Virus record (IMG/VR): IMGVR_UViG_2698536638_000003
Location: 61,292 to 81,291 of that record
Strand: one strand, 5' to 3'
From: an uncultured virus (IMG/VR IMGVR_UViG_2698536638_000003)
Taxonomy: Duplodnaviria > Heunggongvirae > Uroviricota > Caudoviricetes
Length of the DNA stretch: 20,000 nt
Position 1 is the first letter of the stretch. Every line of letters starts with the position of its first letter. A model generated the notes under the pieces. The model saw nothing but the letters and a program-made list of their open reading frames with translations. It was not told the DNA's origin and did no database searches. Positions 6,999 through 15,569 of this stretch are shown here, one piece after another. The position numbers and the translations under genes were made by a program.

Positions 6999-7568
6999 TC
7001 AGGCGGCTTCCTTCTGCTGCTCGCTGGCAACGAACACCGTCTTGATCTGGTGAAGGACGTCGTGCAGCGCGTTGTGGACGTCACCGCTGAACGGGACGTT
7101 GATCTCCGGGTGGTCGGGGTTCCGTCGCATGCCGGCGATGTAGCTGTTCATGTCGCGGGCATAGCGGTAGTGGAACGGCAGGTGGAGGTTGAACTGCCGG
7201 AAGTAGGACTGGATGAACGAGTAGTCGAAGCTCGTCGGCTTGCCCCAGAAGCGCAGCGGCGCGTCCGATGGCGCGCGGCCCTTGTTGGCCCATTCCTGGA
7301 ACGCCTTCACGACGAGGAACGGGTCCTCCATGCGCGCTGCGATGCCCTGGTAGACCTTCAGGTTCTTGCCCTGCCAGAAGGCGCGGGTCGACTCCTCCCA
7401 GAAGCGGCCGGGGGCGACCATCAGGGCGCGATCGAACATGTCGGACGCATCGACCGTCATGGTCTGGGCGTTGAAGCGCACCGCCGCGATCTGGATGATC
7501 GCGTTGTGCTCCGGGTGGGTGCCGGTCGTCTCGATGTCCACCATTACGTCAAGGTTGCGAGTTTCCAT
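6999..7568 (-). CDS. DEDDh 3'-5' exonuclease (189 aa)
   Basis: VMVDIETTG, IIQIAAV, WGKPTSFD, RDM, HNALHD. Start ATG 7568 with AAGG SD. Confidence 0.88.
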   Translation of the reverse strand: METRNLDVMVDIETTGTHPEHNAIIQIAAVRFNAQTMTVDASDMFDRALMVAPGRFWEESTRAFWQGKNLKVYQGIAARMEDPFLVVKAFQEWANKGRAPSDAPLRFWGKPTSFDYSFIQSYFRQFNLHLPFHYRYARDMNSYIAGMRRNPDHPEINVPFSGDVHNALHDVLHQIKTVFVASEQQKEAA

Positions 7569-7966
7569 TTGTGCCTTTCGAGTTCTTTCCATTTGAGTGA
7601 TCGCGCCGAGTGATCCCGGATCATCGAGTACGGGATGCAGAACCACTCGTCGGTGGTGATCCGGTGGATGTAGACGAGGTACTCGCCACCAGCCGCGAGG
7701 ATCATGATGGCCATCGCTGACGGGATTTTTCTGAGAAGAGAGAAGGGGAACGCGGTCTCATCCTGGGTGGACTTGACCTCGGCGAAATGCACGCCGTTGT
7801 GGGCGACTATGAAGTCGCTCGGGGCGGATCGGGTGAAGCCGATGATCCCCGTTCGGCCGCGGACTTCAGCCGCATCGACCAGCCTGTGGACCCAAGCTCG
7901 TTTACCGAGCTTGTTCCAGATACGTTCGAACTCTTGTTCGGAGGGTTTTCCAGTGTTCTTAGCCAT
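7544..7966 (-). CDS. PD-(D/E)xK nuclease, RecU-like Holliday junction resolvase
   Basis: SEQEFE...PSDFIVAHNGVHFAEVKST...FPFSLLR...AAGGEY fits the RecU/Hjc-type pattern; located in the recombination cluster. Confidence 0.75.
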   Translation of the reverse strand: MAKNTGKPSEQEFERIWNKLGKRAWVHRLVDAAEVRGRTGIIGFTRSAPSDFIVAHNGVHFAEVKSTQDETAFPFSLLRKIPSAMAIMILAAGGEYLVYIHRITTDEWFCIPYSMIRDHSARSLKWKELERHKWKLATLT

Positions 7967-7993
7967 CAGGGGCGCATATGGGCGCCCCTGATG
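7964..7993 (-). promoter_or_regulatory. 12-bp hairpin enclosing the resolvase start codon
   Basis: Perfect inverted repeat CATCAGGGGCGC (7964..7975) / GCGCCCCTGATG (7982..7993) with a 6-nt loop. The ATG (7966..7964) is within the stem. Confidence 0.6.
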
Positions 7994-8009
7994 TTGTCGG
8001 GAATGTCAG

Positions 8010-8035
8010 ATCTTGTCCGTACTAGAGGACAAGAT
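8010..8035. repeat. Inverted repeat ATCTTGTCC-N8-GGACAAGAT, operator-like
   Basis: Perfect 9-bp arms with an 8-nt spacer in the intergenic gap; no U-tract. Confidence 0.5.
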
Positions 8036-8037
8036 GA

Positions 8038-8313
8038 TTATCGGTAGACCGCGTAGAGGTGTGGGGCGATCAACTGGAGGCTCTCACCAAGAGTAACGAT
8101 CTCAAACCCCTGGTCTCCGTCTCGCCAATCACCTGCGTTGTCACGCTTGATGATCTTCACCTGGGCGGCCTCACCGGCAAATCGGGTCATCTCGAAGCCT
8201 GTCACGGTGCCAATCCATCTGAATGTGTGGTCGGTCCCCATGCAGCCGTCACACCGGAAGCAAATGATCAGGGAGTTCTTGAGCTTGCGCTTGAGCAGGA
8301 GATTGCTGAACAT
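8038..8313 (-). CDS. Hypothetical protein (91 aa)
   Basis: ORF coupled by TGATG to the upstream small gene; contains CFRCDGC. No family recognised. Confidence 0.6.
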   Translation of the reverse strand: MFSNLLLKRKLKNSLIICFRCDGCMGTDHTFRWIGTVTGFEMTRFAGEAAQVKIIKRDNAGDWRDGDQGFEIVTLGESLQLIAPHLYAVYR

Positions 8314-8477
8314 CACCAGAGCATTCCTCGGTTGTAGGCGTCCCAGAAGATCGCCACGTCGAAGCCGATGGCGATGAGCAGAAACAAATACGCCGCCCAG
8401 ATGGGCGGCGGTCCAAGGTCCAGGTTGCGCTGGCGCTCATGCTCCCGAAGCATGAGCCAAATAATGATTGGGTTCAT
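8313..8477 (-). CDS. Small membrane protein (54 aa), not in the ORF track
   Basis: Manual translation: MNPIIIWLMLREHERQRNLDLGPPPIWAAYLFLLIAIGFDVAIFWDAYNRGMLW*. ATGA overlap upstream (GGAGG SD) and TGATG overlap downstream. Confidence 0.7.
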   Translation of the reverse strand: MNPIIIWLMLREHERQRNLDLGPPPIWAAYLFLLIAIGFDVAIFWDAYNRGMLW

Positions 8478-8764
8478 GCGAGCACCTCCACCGGCTGGCT
8501 CGGGATGGTGCGGCCGGTATCGAGCAGCATCATCCTGACCGTCTCCGACGAGCCGACGAGCGTGGGGTAGAAGTTTTCGCCCGTTCCAACGGCGACGAAG
8601 ACCTTGCCGCCATTGTGGTTGATCACGGCGACCTCTTCAGGAGTCAGCTGCCAGGCGCTGACGACGAAGCGCCCGTTGGTGAAGTAGTGGGCCGGGAGGA
8701 TGTCGTCCCGGCCTTCGGGCGCCCCAATGGGCTTGGAGCCGACGAAGGGTGCTGGGAAGCCCAT
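8474..8764 (-). CDS. Hypothetical phage protein (96 aa)
   Basis: Start at ATG 8764 via TGATG with GGAGG SD: MGFPAPFVGS...LPAH...VSAWQLTPEEVAVINHNGGKVFV. Confidence 0.7.
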   Translation of the reverse strand: MGFPAPFVGSKPIGAPEGRDDILPAHYFTNGRFVVSAWQLTPEEVAVINHNGGKVFVAVGTGENFYPTLVGSSETVRMMLLDTGRTIPSQPVEVLA

Positions 8765-9012
8765 CAGCCCCTCCAGGTCTTCATGAGCTCGGCCTGCATG
8801 CGCCGACGCTCCTTGCGGTTGCCTCGGCCGCTGGTGGTGGCCTTGGCGAACTCCTTCGCCTCCTGCTTCAGGAGCGGGGCGGCGCGGCGGCCACCCATCG
8901 TGGGGTCGAAGTGGGGCGAGCTGGCGATCGGGCAGACCCCCCCACACTGCGACCAGTCGTTGCCGCTGGTCTCGCCACACTTCGGGCAGGCGTGTTCCTG
9001 TTCCTTTTCCAT
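8764..9012 (-). CDS. Hypothetical protein with possible Zn-binding motif (82 aa)
   Basis: CPKC...CGGVC followed by a basic C-terminus (GNRKERRR); TAATG coupling to the ligase and GAAGGAG SD. Confidence 0.65.
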   Translation of the reverse strand: MEKEQEHACPKCGETSGNDWSQCGGVCPIASSPHFDPTMGGRRAAPLLKQEAKEFAKATTSGRGNRKERRRMQAELMKTWRG

Positions 9013-10073
9013 TACATCCGTGCTCCTTCATGGAACTTCGTGGCGACCGGGAAGCGCGGGATGCCGTCCGCAGTCGGGGTGAAGAACTTGATCGTCGCCT
9101 GGCGGCCGACCCAATCGGTGCGGTCATTCAGCAGCTTCCGGCAGAAGTCCTGGTTGCCCGCGATGCCGGCGCCGAAGGTACGCCCGTCCGGCAGCTGGAC
9201 CGTGAGGCGCTTGGCGTAGCCCGACCAGTTGCCCTGGCCCTCGACGACCTCGACGATCTTGAACTCGGCGTCCTGGAACTCCTTGCGCTTCTGCAGGTGG
9301 GCCGAGCGCTTCTGCTCGTAGGCAGCGTCCAGGCGCTTCATCTGGCCCTCCCATTCGTTCTCCAGGTACTCGGCATAGTCTGCGTCGAGCATGTCCTGGT
9401 TGAACGAGATCCGGGTCTCGACCGGGATCAGATGGGTGCAGCCTTGCAGCATCGCGTGGTAAACTGGTGCGCGCTGGAAGAACGTGCCGTCGAATGACGG
9501 GATGTCATAGACGTGGTACTGGACCACGCCGGCAGTTGCCGGGTTAGGTTCCTGCTTGCGGACGAACGAGCTGATCTTCTCGAAATCGGCTCGCAGCGCG
9601 TGGTTGTAGAGCTCGCCGTCGAGCACCAGGTCGGGGTCGGCGACGAAGAACGGCGCCAGCTCCTCCTCAATGTGCGGGCAGGACACGATCGGCTTGCCTT
9701 GACGGGTGAAGAGACCCTCGGCGCGGGCGATGCACCGGATGCCGTCCAGCTTGGGCTGGTTGGCAACCGGGAACTGACCGGGCTTGTAGCCCTTGGCGAG
9801 CATCGGCTCGAAGAAGTTCGGCGTGGCGCAGGCCTCTGGCGTCCGGTGGTACTGGCGCTCAAGCTTCTTGCGCTCCTCGGCGTCGGCCTCGAACTGGGCC
9901 TGCTTCTCGGCGGTCGGCTGGCTTCTGGCGGTGCTGATGGTCCACTCGGTGGGCGTCTGCGCACCGTCGACCAGGCCGGAGATCGACCGCCAGCGGCCGA
10001 AGTCCACCTCGTATCGCCAGCTGCGGAGACGGCCCTGGGTGTCGAGCTTGTAGATTGGGTTCGATGAAATCAT
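9012..10073 (-). CDS. ATP-dependent DNA ligase
   Basis: Motif I QPKLDGIRC, FTRQGK, motif III LDGELY, YHVYDI, motif IV WEGQM, KRKEFQDAEF, and OB domain ending PRFP; AAGGA SD. Confidence 0.92.
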   Translation of the reverse strand: MISSNPIYKLDTQGRLRSWRYEVDFGRWRSISGLVDGAQTPTEWTISTARSQPTAEKQAQFEADAEERKKLERQYHRTPEACATPNFFEPMLAKGYKPGQFPVANQPKLDGIRCIARAEGLFTRQGKPIVSCPHIEEELAPFFVADPDLVLDGELYNHALRADFEKISSFVRKQEPNPATAGVVQYHVYDIPSFDGTFFQRAPVYHAMLQGCTHLIPVETRISFNQDMLDADYAEYLENEWEGQMKRLDAAYEQKRSAHLQKRKEFQDAEFKIVEVVEGQGNWSGYAKRLTVQLPDGRTFGAGIAGNQDFCRKLLNDRTDWVGRQATIKFFTPTADGIPRFPVATKFHEGARM

Positions 10074-10087
10074 GTGGTGTTCCTTGA

Positions 10088-10960
10088 TTAGAGTGTGGGG
10101 ATTGCGGCTGCGCCAAAAACGTTGCCGTAGAGCGAGGCGATGTTCAGACCTTTGACCTTGACCGGTTGCTTCCTGTTGTAGGGGGTCAGCTCCCGATCAG
10201 CGCAGTAATCCCGGAAGGCCAAGGTGGCGCGAAAGACATCGACTTTCGGACATTTCTGTTCGTCGACACCGTTTTTGAGATAGGGGCGACCGAACATTGC
10301 TGCTGCATCCGTGCCCTTCGGGTCGATCATTGCGTCGAGGAACTCATCCACATGCGGATGATCACGATGAGCTTGGTAGAACGCCGCCAGTGCTGCGCAC
10401 GGGAAGTGTTCAAATCTGTGGGTGATCTTGTCACATGACGCAAAGAAGTCGGGGTGCGCCTTGATAACCTCGTCGGCCTGGTCCGGTTTGAGTGCAGTCC
10501 TGCGGTACTCACCGGAGGCCAAGGTGCGAAATGCCGTCAGAGCCCCGGCGACGTGCGATGGGTCAGCGCATTTGTACCTCTCCTGCAAATGATCAGCCAA
10601 GATATCGCTGCTTTTCCTTGGCCCACGACGGCGAGGTTTCTCGACGTCGGTGACGATTTCGGCATCTGCCTGCAGTGCCAGAGATGCTGAGATCGGGATG
10701 GCCGTGGGGTCGGTCAGGTGGGCAAGGACCTCCAAATTCACCGAGGTGCCGTTGCTGACTTCGGCGATCAGTCTCAGGATCATTTTCGAAGTGTCGTTCT
10801 TCCATGCCTCATCGCGGACACGCGCTGCCTTGGCCTCCACGATCTCGGCCTCCACAAGATTTTTCGTGCGGATTGACCTCTGATTGATGCGTTCCAGCAG
10901 CTCGGAGATCGTCTGGACGGGTTGGGTTGTGCCTTTCGGCTTCGGGGTGTGGGCTGTCAT
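10088..10960 (-). CDS. Hypothetical protein (290 aa), atypical codon usage
   Basis: Long ORF coupled (ATGA) to the polymerase stop, with more A/T-ending codons than its neighbours. No confident family. Confidence 0.7.
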   Translation of the reverse strand: MTAHTPKPKGTTQPVQTISELLERINQRSIRTKNLVEAEIVEAKAARVRDEAWKNDTSKMILRLIAEVSNGTSVNLEVLAHLTDPTAIPISASLALQADAEIVTDVEKPRRRGPRKSSDILADHLQERYKCADPSHVAGALTAFRTLASGEYRRTALKPDQADEVIKAHPDFFASCDKITHRFEHFPCAALAAFYQAHRDHPHVDEFLDAMIDPKGTDAAAMFGRPYLKNGVDEQKCPKVDVFRATLAFRDYCADRELTPYNRKQPVKVKGLNIASLYGNVFGAAAIPTL

Positions 10961-13671
10961 GCTGCTTCCTTGAGGAGTTTGCGCTTCTGGAACATGAGGT
11001 AGTCGACGACCGACTGGACCTGGTCGTCGTCCAGGCGGTTGCCTGCGGTGCTCTCCGGCAGGACGCCGGGTAGCTTTGGTGCTTCGTAGAGTTCGATTTG
11101 GCCGCCGGGGGCTTTCTTCGGGTCGTAGGGCTCGAAGGTCACGCCGATGGCCGGCGAGCTATCGAGCATGCAGTGCTTGAAGATGTCCGGATGGTTGTTC
11201 ATGCACTCGCCGAGCATGTGCATCGCCGGCACCACATGCTTGTAGTGGACCGAGAACACGAGCTCGTCGTGGATCGGGACCATGAGCCGCAGGATGCGGA
11301 AGTCCCAGCCCATCTCCTTCATCCGAGCCATCACCCTGATCGCCGTACGCTTGGCGATCGTGGCGCATGTGCCCTGGACGACGGAGTTGACACCCTGATT
11401 GAACGCTCGCTTCTGGATCTTCTTCGCGATCCAGTGGACGAGCGCGTTGTAGGTCGCCATCTCGGCGCCGCTGCCCATGTCGAACTTGTGCTTGAACGAC
11501 ATCAGCCACTGGTTGGTGGCCTCCCAGCGGACACGACGGTGGCCGTCAGGCAGGTAGACGACGCCCTCACGAGCGATCTCCTCAATTAGGCCGGTGCGCC
11601 ACTGCTCGGCGACCGAGAAGCGATCCCGATACATCTCGGTCGCCATCTTGGTCTTTTCCTGTGACCAGCCCATCCGCTCACCGATGGTCGCCAGCCAGCC
11701 CGAGAACCAGTAGTTGAAGTTCGAGTTCTTGCCGGCCTCGGTGCGCCAGTATTTGTAGGCCTTGTCGGGCACGAGCGGTTCACCCTTGAGGTTGGTGAAA
11801 AGCCGGTCATGACCAGTGAAGGTCTGTCCCCACTGCTCCAGGAACTCGTTCACGTCTGTGTACTTGCTCAGGGCCTTGAAGGCGTCCTGGGTGAGGCCCT
11901 CGCAGTCGGCCGCGAGCACCGCCGTCGCCGAGCCGGCGTGTAGATCCTTGTGCGGGATCTGGCAGTAGGCGTCGATGAAGGTCGGGTCCGCGCTCAACTC
12001 GCCGATGATGACGAGCTCGATAGCTGACCAGTCGCGGGACAGCACCAGGTGTTCGTCGTCATCGCCTTCGAAGAAGCCACGGACGTACGTGCTCTCGCCA
12101 CGCTTGGCGAGCTGCATGGCGTTCGGGTCTTCACAGGCCATGCGCCGGGAGGCCAGCATGGAGGTGACGGTCGGATACATCCGGCCGGTCTCCGGGTCGG
12201 TGAGCAGGCTGTAGGGTGTGAGGTACAGCTTCATGCGCTGCTCGATGCTGGCGATCTCGCCGATCGACACGAGCAGGTTCTTGGCCGTCTCGTGACCGTC
12301 CTCCTTGAAACGGTCGATCAGCTTGCCGCGCGCCTCGGCGTCCGACTGGGTCTTGTTCTGATTGACGATCACCTTGGTGCCCGTCAGGTCATAGAAGATC
12401 GTCCGCATTGGCATGTAGTGGGAGAGGTTCACGCCCTTCGGTTCAGGGTCGCCGCTCTCGCTGGCCCAGGCGTTCGACACGGCGCCACGGATCTGGATGC
12501 ACTGCTTGTAGGCGTCCGGCCAGTCAGGGAGATTGGCCCAGTCCTCGATCTGCTTCCGGTATTTGGCGGCGTTCTTCTGATACCAGCTGTCGCGCTTCGC
12601 CAGACCAGCGTGTGGTTCCTCGGGGAACGGCAGCATGGCCTTGACGTTGGCCTTGGTGCGACGGAGCACCTCGGCGGTGTTCTCGCGCTCCTCGGCACGA
12701 CGCGACAGGATGTTGTCGAAGTTGACCTTCATGCCCACCTGGCGCATCTGCGCGAAGAGGTGGATCATCGGGTTTTCCTGGTTGAAGAACGTCTGGGTGA
12801 CGCCACGGTTGGTGTCGACCATGAACTGAAGCAGCCGGCGGAACATCCGCAGAGCCCAGTAGGCGTCGTCGGCGCCATAGGAGGCGACCTCATCGCCGGT
12901 CAGCTCACCCATGTGCGCCTTGTCCCCCAGCACCTGCTGGAAGGTCACCATGTCGTAGCCGAACCACGACTTGACCGCCTTCTTCAGGCCGTAGCCGTAG
13001 GCCAAGTCGTTGACGTAGCCGTTGTAGCTGTGCGCCGCCTTCGACTGCTTGCCGATGATCGAGTAGACGATCTCGGCCAGTCGGCTGTCCTTGAAGTCGC
13101 CCTTCTCGACGTCGAAGCCGCCCTGCGAGCAGAGCTGCATCATCTGTGGGATCAGCGGGCCGAAAGCACCGCGGCCGGCATAGCGGAAGTTGTTGGGGTC
13201 GTATTCGTCGGGGCCGTAGGCCGACACGCACATCTGCAGGGTGCAGATGATCTCCGGCAGATCGAAGTCGAATGCCGACTTGAAGGCGCTCAACTCGTAG
13301 GGCGCGTTGTGGGCGATCCAGAAGGCGTCGGCCGCCTTGGCGTCGAGCACTGCCTTGGCCGCCTCCCAGGGGATGCGGTTGTGGACGTCGGCATGCGCCA
13401 GGTTCAGATAGTAGGCCGTGTCCGACGACTCCGGGTAGACGGAGAAGCCAGTCATGACCGTCCGGCGCATGTCGAACACCAGCTTCTTGGCTGGCGACTT
13501 TTTCCGGCTGATTGGGTCGACACCCATGAACTGGTTGAGGCCGTCGTGGCGGGCGTCGTCCTGCGTTTCGCAGTCCAGGCCGTTGAAGGGGTTGGCCTTC
13601 ACCTGGTTGACGATGTGCGGGATCAGCTGGTCGACGTTGCGAGCGTCGACCAGCACGGTCTTGATCGTCAT
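10957..13671 (-). CDS. Family A DNA polymerase with 3'-5' exonuclease domain (904 aa)
   Basis: ExoI GLDCET, ExoII HNAPYE, ExoIII YGADDA; RRMACEDPNAMQL, motif A RDWSAIEL, DLH, motif B RTEAGKNSNFNYWF, NSVVQGTCA, motif C IHDELVF. Confidence 0.93.
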   Translation of the reverse strand: MTIKTVLVDARNVDQLIPHIVNQVKANPFNGLDCETQDDARHDGLNQFMGVDPISRKKSPAKKLVFDMRRTVMTGFSVYPESSDTAYYLNLAHADVHNRIPWEAAKAVLDAKAADAFWIAHNAPYELSAFKSAFDFDLPEIICTLQMCVSAYGPDEYDPNNFRYAGRGAFGPLIPQMMQLCSQGGFDVEKGDFKDSRLAEIVYSIIGKQSKAAHSYNGYVNDLAYGYGLKKAVKSWFGYDMVTFQQVLGDKAHMGELTGDEVASYGADDAYWALRMFRRLLQFMVDTNRGVTQTFFNQENPMIHLFAQMRQVGMKVNFDNILSRRAEERENTAEVLRRTKANVKAMLPFPEEPHAGLAKRDSWYQKNAAKYRKQIEDWANLPDWPDAYKQCIQIRGAVSNAWASESGDPEPKGVNLSHYMPMRTIFYDLTGTKVIVNQNKTQSDAEARGKLIDRFKEDGHETAKNLLVSIGEIASIEQRMKLYLTPYSLLTDPETGRMYPTVTSMLASRRMACEDPNAMQLAKRGESTYVRGFFEGDDDEHLVLSRDWSAIELVIIGELSADPTFIDAYCQIPHKDLHAGSATAVLAADCEGLTQDAFKALSKYTDVNEFLEQWGQTFTGHDRLFTNLKGEPLVPDKAYKYWRTEAGKNSNFNYWFSGWLATIGERMGWSQEKTKMATEMYRDRFSVAEQWRTGLIEEIAREGVVYLPDGHRRVRWEATNQWLMSFKHKFDMGSGAEMATYNALVHWIAKKIQKRAFNQGVNSVVQGTCATIAKRTAIRVMARMKEMGWDFRILRLMVPIHDELVFSVHYKHVVPAMHMLGECMNNHPDIFKHCMLDSSPAIGVTFEPYDPKKAPGGQIELYEAPKLPGVLPESTAGNRLDDDQVQSVVDYLMFQKRKLLKEAA

Positions 13672-14438
13672 TGCATGAACTCCTTGAGGGCGGCGTCAGC
13701 CTTGTTGAAATCGGGCTGGCCGATGATCGTGTGCTCGGTGACGAGGTCTTCCGGCACGTCGAGGAAGCCGACGATGTCCCAGAAGATCTTGAACCGGTCG
13801 GGGTGCTCCTCGAGCCAGGTGACCATCTTGGACTGGAGCTTGATGTCCTTCTGCCAGCCATCGGTGCCGGCGAAGATCATGTCGGTGGCGCGCTGGAGCC
13901 GGATGGGGCCGTTCTCCTCCCACAGGCTGTCGCCGAAGCGTGGCACGCCGGGGATCTTGTCCGAGCTATCCCCGACCCAGGTCTTGTAGAGGCGGGTGTG
14001 TCGGGGCTCGACGCCCTTCAGCGGGTTGGCACCGCAGACGACGTTCTTGGGGAACTCGCCGACGAGCTGCCACATGTCCTTGTCGTTCGAGTAGACGGCG
14101 ACGAGGTGGCCCATGCTGGCGTAGCGGCGGGTGAGCAGCGCGATCACGTCGTCGGCTTCGTAGCCGGGGACCTTGATCTGGACCGCCTTCGAGTGTTCGA
14201 GGGTTTTCTGGGTGAGGTGGAAGCCGTTGTAGATGCCGGTATCCGGTGCCTTACGGCCCATCTTGTATCCGGGGAAAATGTCGCGGCGTTTCTGGCTTCC
14301 CTTTGGTCCGTCCCAAACACAGATGACTGGATCGGGACAGGCGAACACGTCCTGCATGAAGTTTCGGGGCGCGAGCCCCGAAACATCAGTCTCAAGTTCG
14401 ACACGCAGGTACGAATTCATATCGTACACGCGGATCAT
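13668..14438 (-). CDS. 5'-3' exonuclease / flap endonuclease (T4 RNase H / T7 gp6-like)
   Basis: YDMNS, VWDG, YKMGR, GYEADDVIA, SNDKDMWQL, GDSSDKIPGV (PIN plus H3TH motifs). Confidence 0.9.
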   Translation of the reverse strand: MIRVYDMNSYLRVELETDVSGLAPRNFMQDVFACPDPVICVWDGPKGSQKRRDIFPGYKMGRKAPDTGIYNGFHLTQKTLEHSKAVQIKVPGYEADDVIALLTRRYASMGHLVAVYSNDKDMWQLVGEFPKNVVCGANPLKGVEPRHTRLYKTWVGDSSDKIPGVPRFGDSLWEENGPIRLQRATDMIFAGTDGWQKDIKLQSKMVTWLEEHPDRFKIFWDIVGFLDVPEDLVTEHTIIGQPDFNKADAALKEFMQ

Positions 14439-14707
14439 CAGTCGGCCGCCGCCATGCCGAGGGCTTCCTCGTACAGGTCCAGGATCGTGTCCTGTTCGGC
14501 GCGCTCGGCCGCGTCCAGCTTGCGACGGGCGATGATCTTGCGCATGGCCTTGGTGTCGAAGCCGGTGCCCTTGGCCTCGGCGAAGATCTCCTTGATGTCG
14601 TCGGAGATCGTGGTCTTCTCCTCTTCGAGGCGCTCGATGCGCTCGATGAAGGCGCGCAGTTGTCCTGCAGCCACGACGCGGCTGTCTTCAGTGGTCTCGG
14701 TATCCAT
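14438..14707 (-). CDS. gapR: GapR / DUF2312 family DNA-binding protein (89 aa)
   Basis: [62 protein letters not shown] is the DUF2312 signature. GGAG SD before ATG 14707. Confidence 0.92.
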   Translation of the reverse strand: MDTETTEDSRVVAAGQLRAFIERIERLEEEKTTISDDIKEIFAEAKGTGFDTKAMRKIIARRKLDAAERAEQDTILDLYEEALGMAAAD

Positions 14708-14726
14708 GGTGTTCTCCGGAAAGTTG

Positions 14727-14758
14727 AAACAAAAAAGGGCGGGACTTTCGTCCCGCCC
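14727..14758 (-). terminator. Rho-independent terminator
   Basis: Minus strand reads GGGCGGGAC-GAAA-GTCCCGCCC-TTTTTTGTTT: 9-bp GC stem, GNRA loop, U-tract. Confidence 0.85.
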
Positions 14759-14798
14759 AGGTTGGCCGGGGCCAATGCAGAAGCCCCAGCGGTCTCGG

Positions 14799-15471
14799 TT
14801 AAGCGACGACCTTGTAGTCGCGGAAGTCGAGGATGCCCCAGTTGTTGCCGTTGCCGGACTGTTCGCTGTAGCCAACGGTGACCTCGATCGTGTCGATCGA
14901 TGCGTCAGCGCCGTCCTTCTGCATCTGCTTCACCAGCTTGGCGAAGCTCTTGAAGCCCGTGGTCGAGAACGAGTGGCCGAGAACGGTGCCGGCGGTGACC
15001 GTTTCGTCCTTCAGCTTCACGTCGTCGAGCAGCTTCATCTGGATGTCCGCGGACTTGTACGGGCGGGCCCTCGGGTCCACCGCACGCGCTTCCGACAGGG
15101 CCTGTGCCCAGGTCGAGCCGTCCGTCGCCATCACGCGGTCGTACGTCTTNGTAGGTCGCCGGGTTGCCGTACTTGACCGTCTCGCTGTAGCCGACATCGC
15201 TCAGGTCGATCTCCACGCGAACTTCTTCCAGCAGCGGCTTCTTGGCGCCGATCTGGAGGCCGTGCTCGTTCACCTTGAGCCATTCGTCGACAACGATGGC
15301 ACCGGCCATGGCGTCGTCGAGGCCCATCGGGCGGCCGGCGGCGGGTGCAACAGCACCCTGGCTCTGCGAAGCAGGGGCGACGGCGGTGCCGCCGTTGTGC
15401 TGGGCATTGTCAGCGGGGATGTTGGCGGCGGCGGCGGTGGCCTGATTGATTGCAGCGTCGATATTGTTCAT
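14799..15471 (-). CDS. Probable single gene (about 223 aa), putative ssDNA-binding/replication accessory protein; apparent frameshift at the ambiguous base N15150
   Basis: The 5' part ([10 protein letters not shown]...YGNPATY) and 3' part ([11 protein letters not shown]...NNWGILDF) join at the N. GAAGGA SD, strongly biased codons, flanking terminators. The SSB-like function is inferred only from its position between helicase and exonuclease/polymerase. Confidence 0.6.
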
Positions 15472-15521
15472 TAAGCAGTTCCTTCGTGTTTGCGTTTTCG
15501 TCACCGCGTTGTGCGGTAGCC

Positions 15522-15568
15522 TGAAAGTAAGAAAGGCCCGTCGAATTGCGACGGGCCTTTTGTTCTTG
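15522..15568. terminator. Possibly bidirectional terminator hairpin
   Basis: AAAGGCCCGTCG (15532..15543)-AATTG-CGACGGGCCTTT (15549..15560), a 12-bp stem with T-rich flanks on both strands. Confidence 0.7.
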
Positions 15569-15569
15569 T

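Noticed and set aside
15140..15160. Apparent frameshift or pseudogene in the putative SSB gene
   Set aside because: The shift coincides exactly with the ambiguous base N15150. This is most likely an assembly gap placeholder, and there is no slippery sequence.
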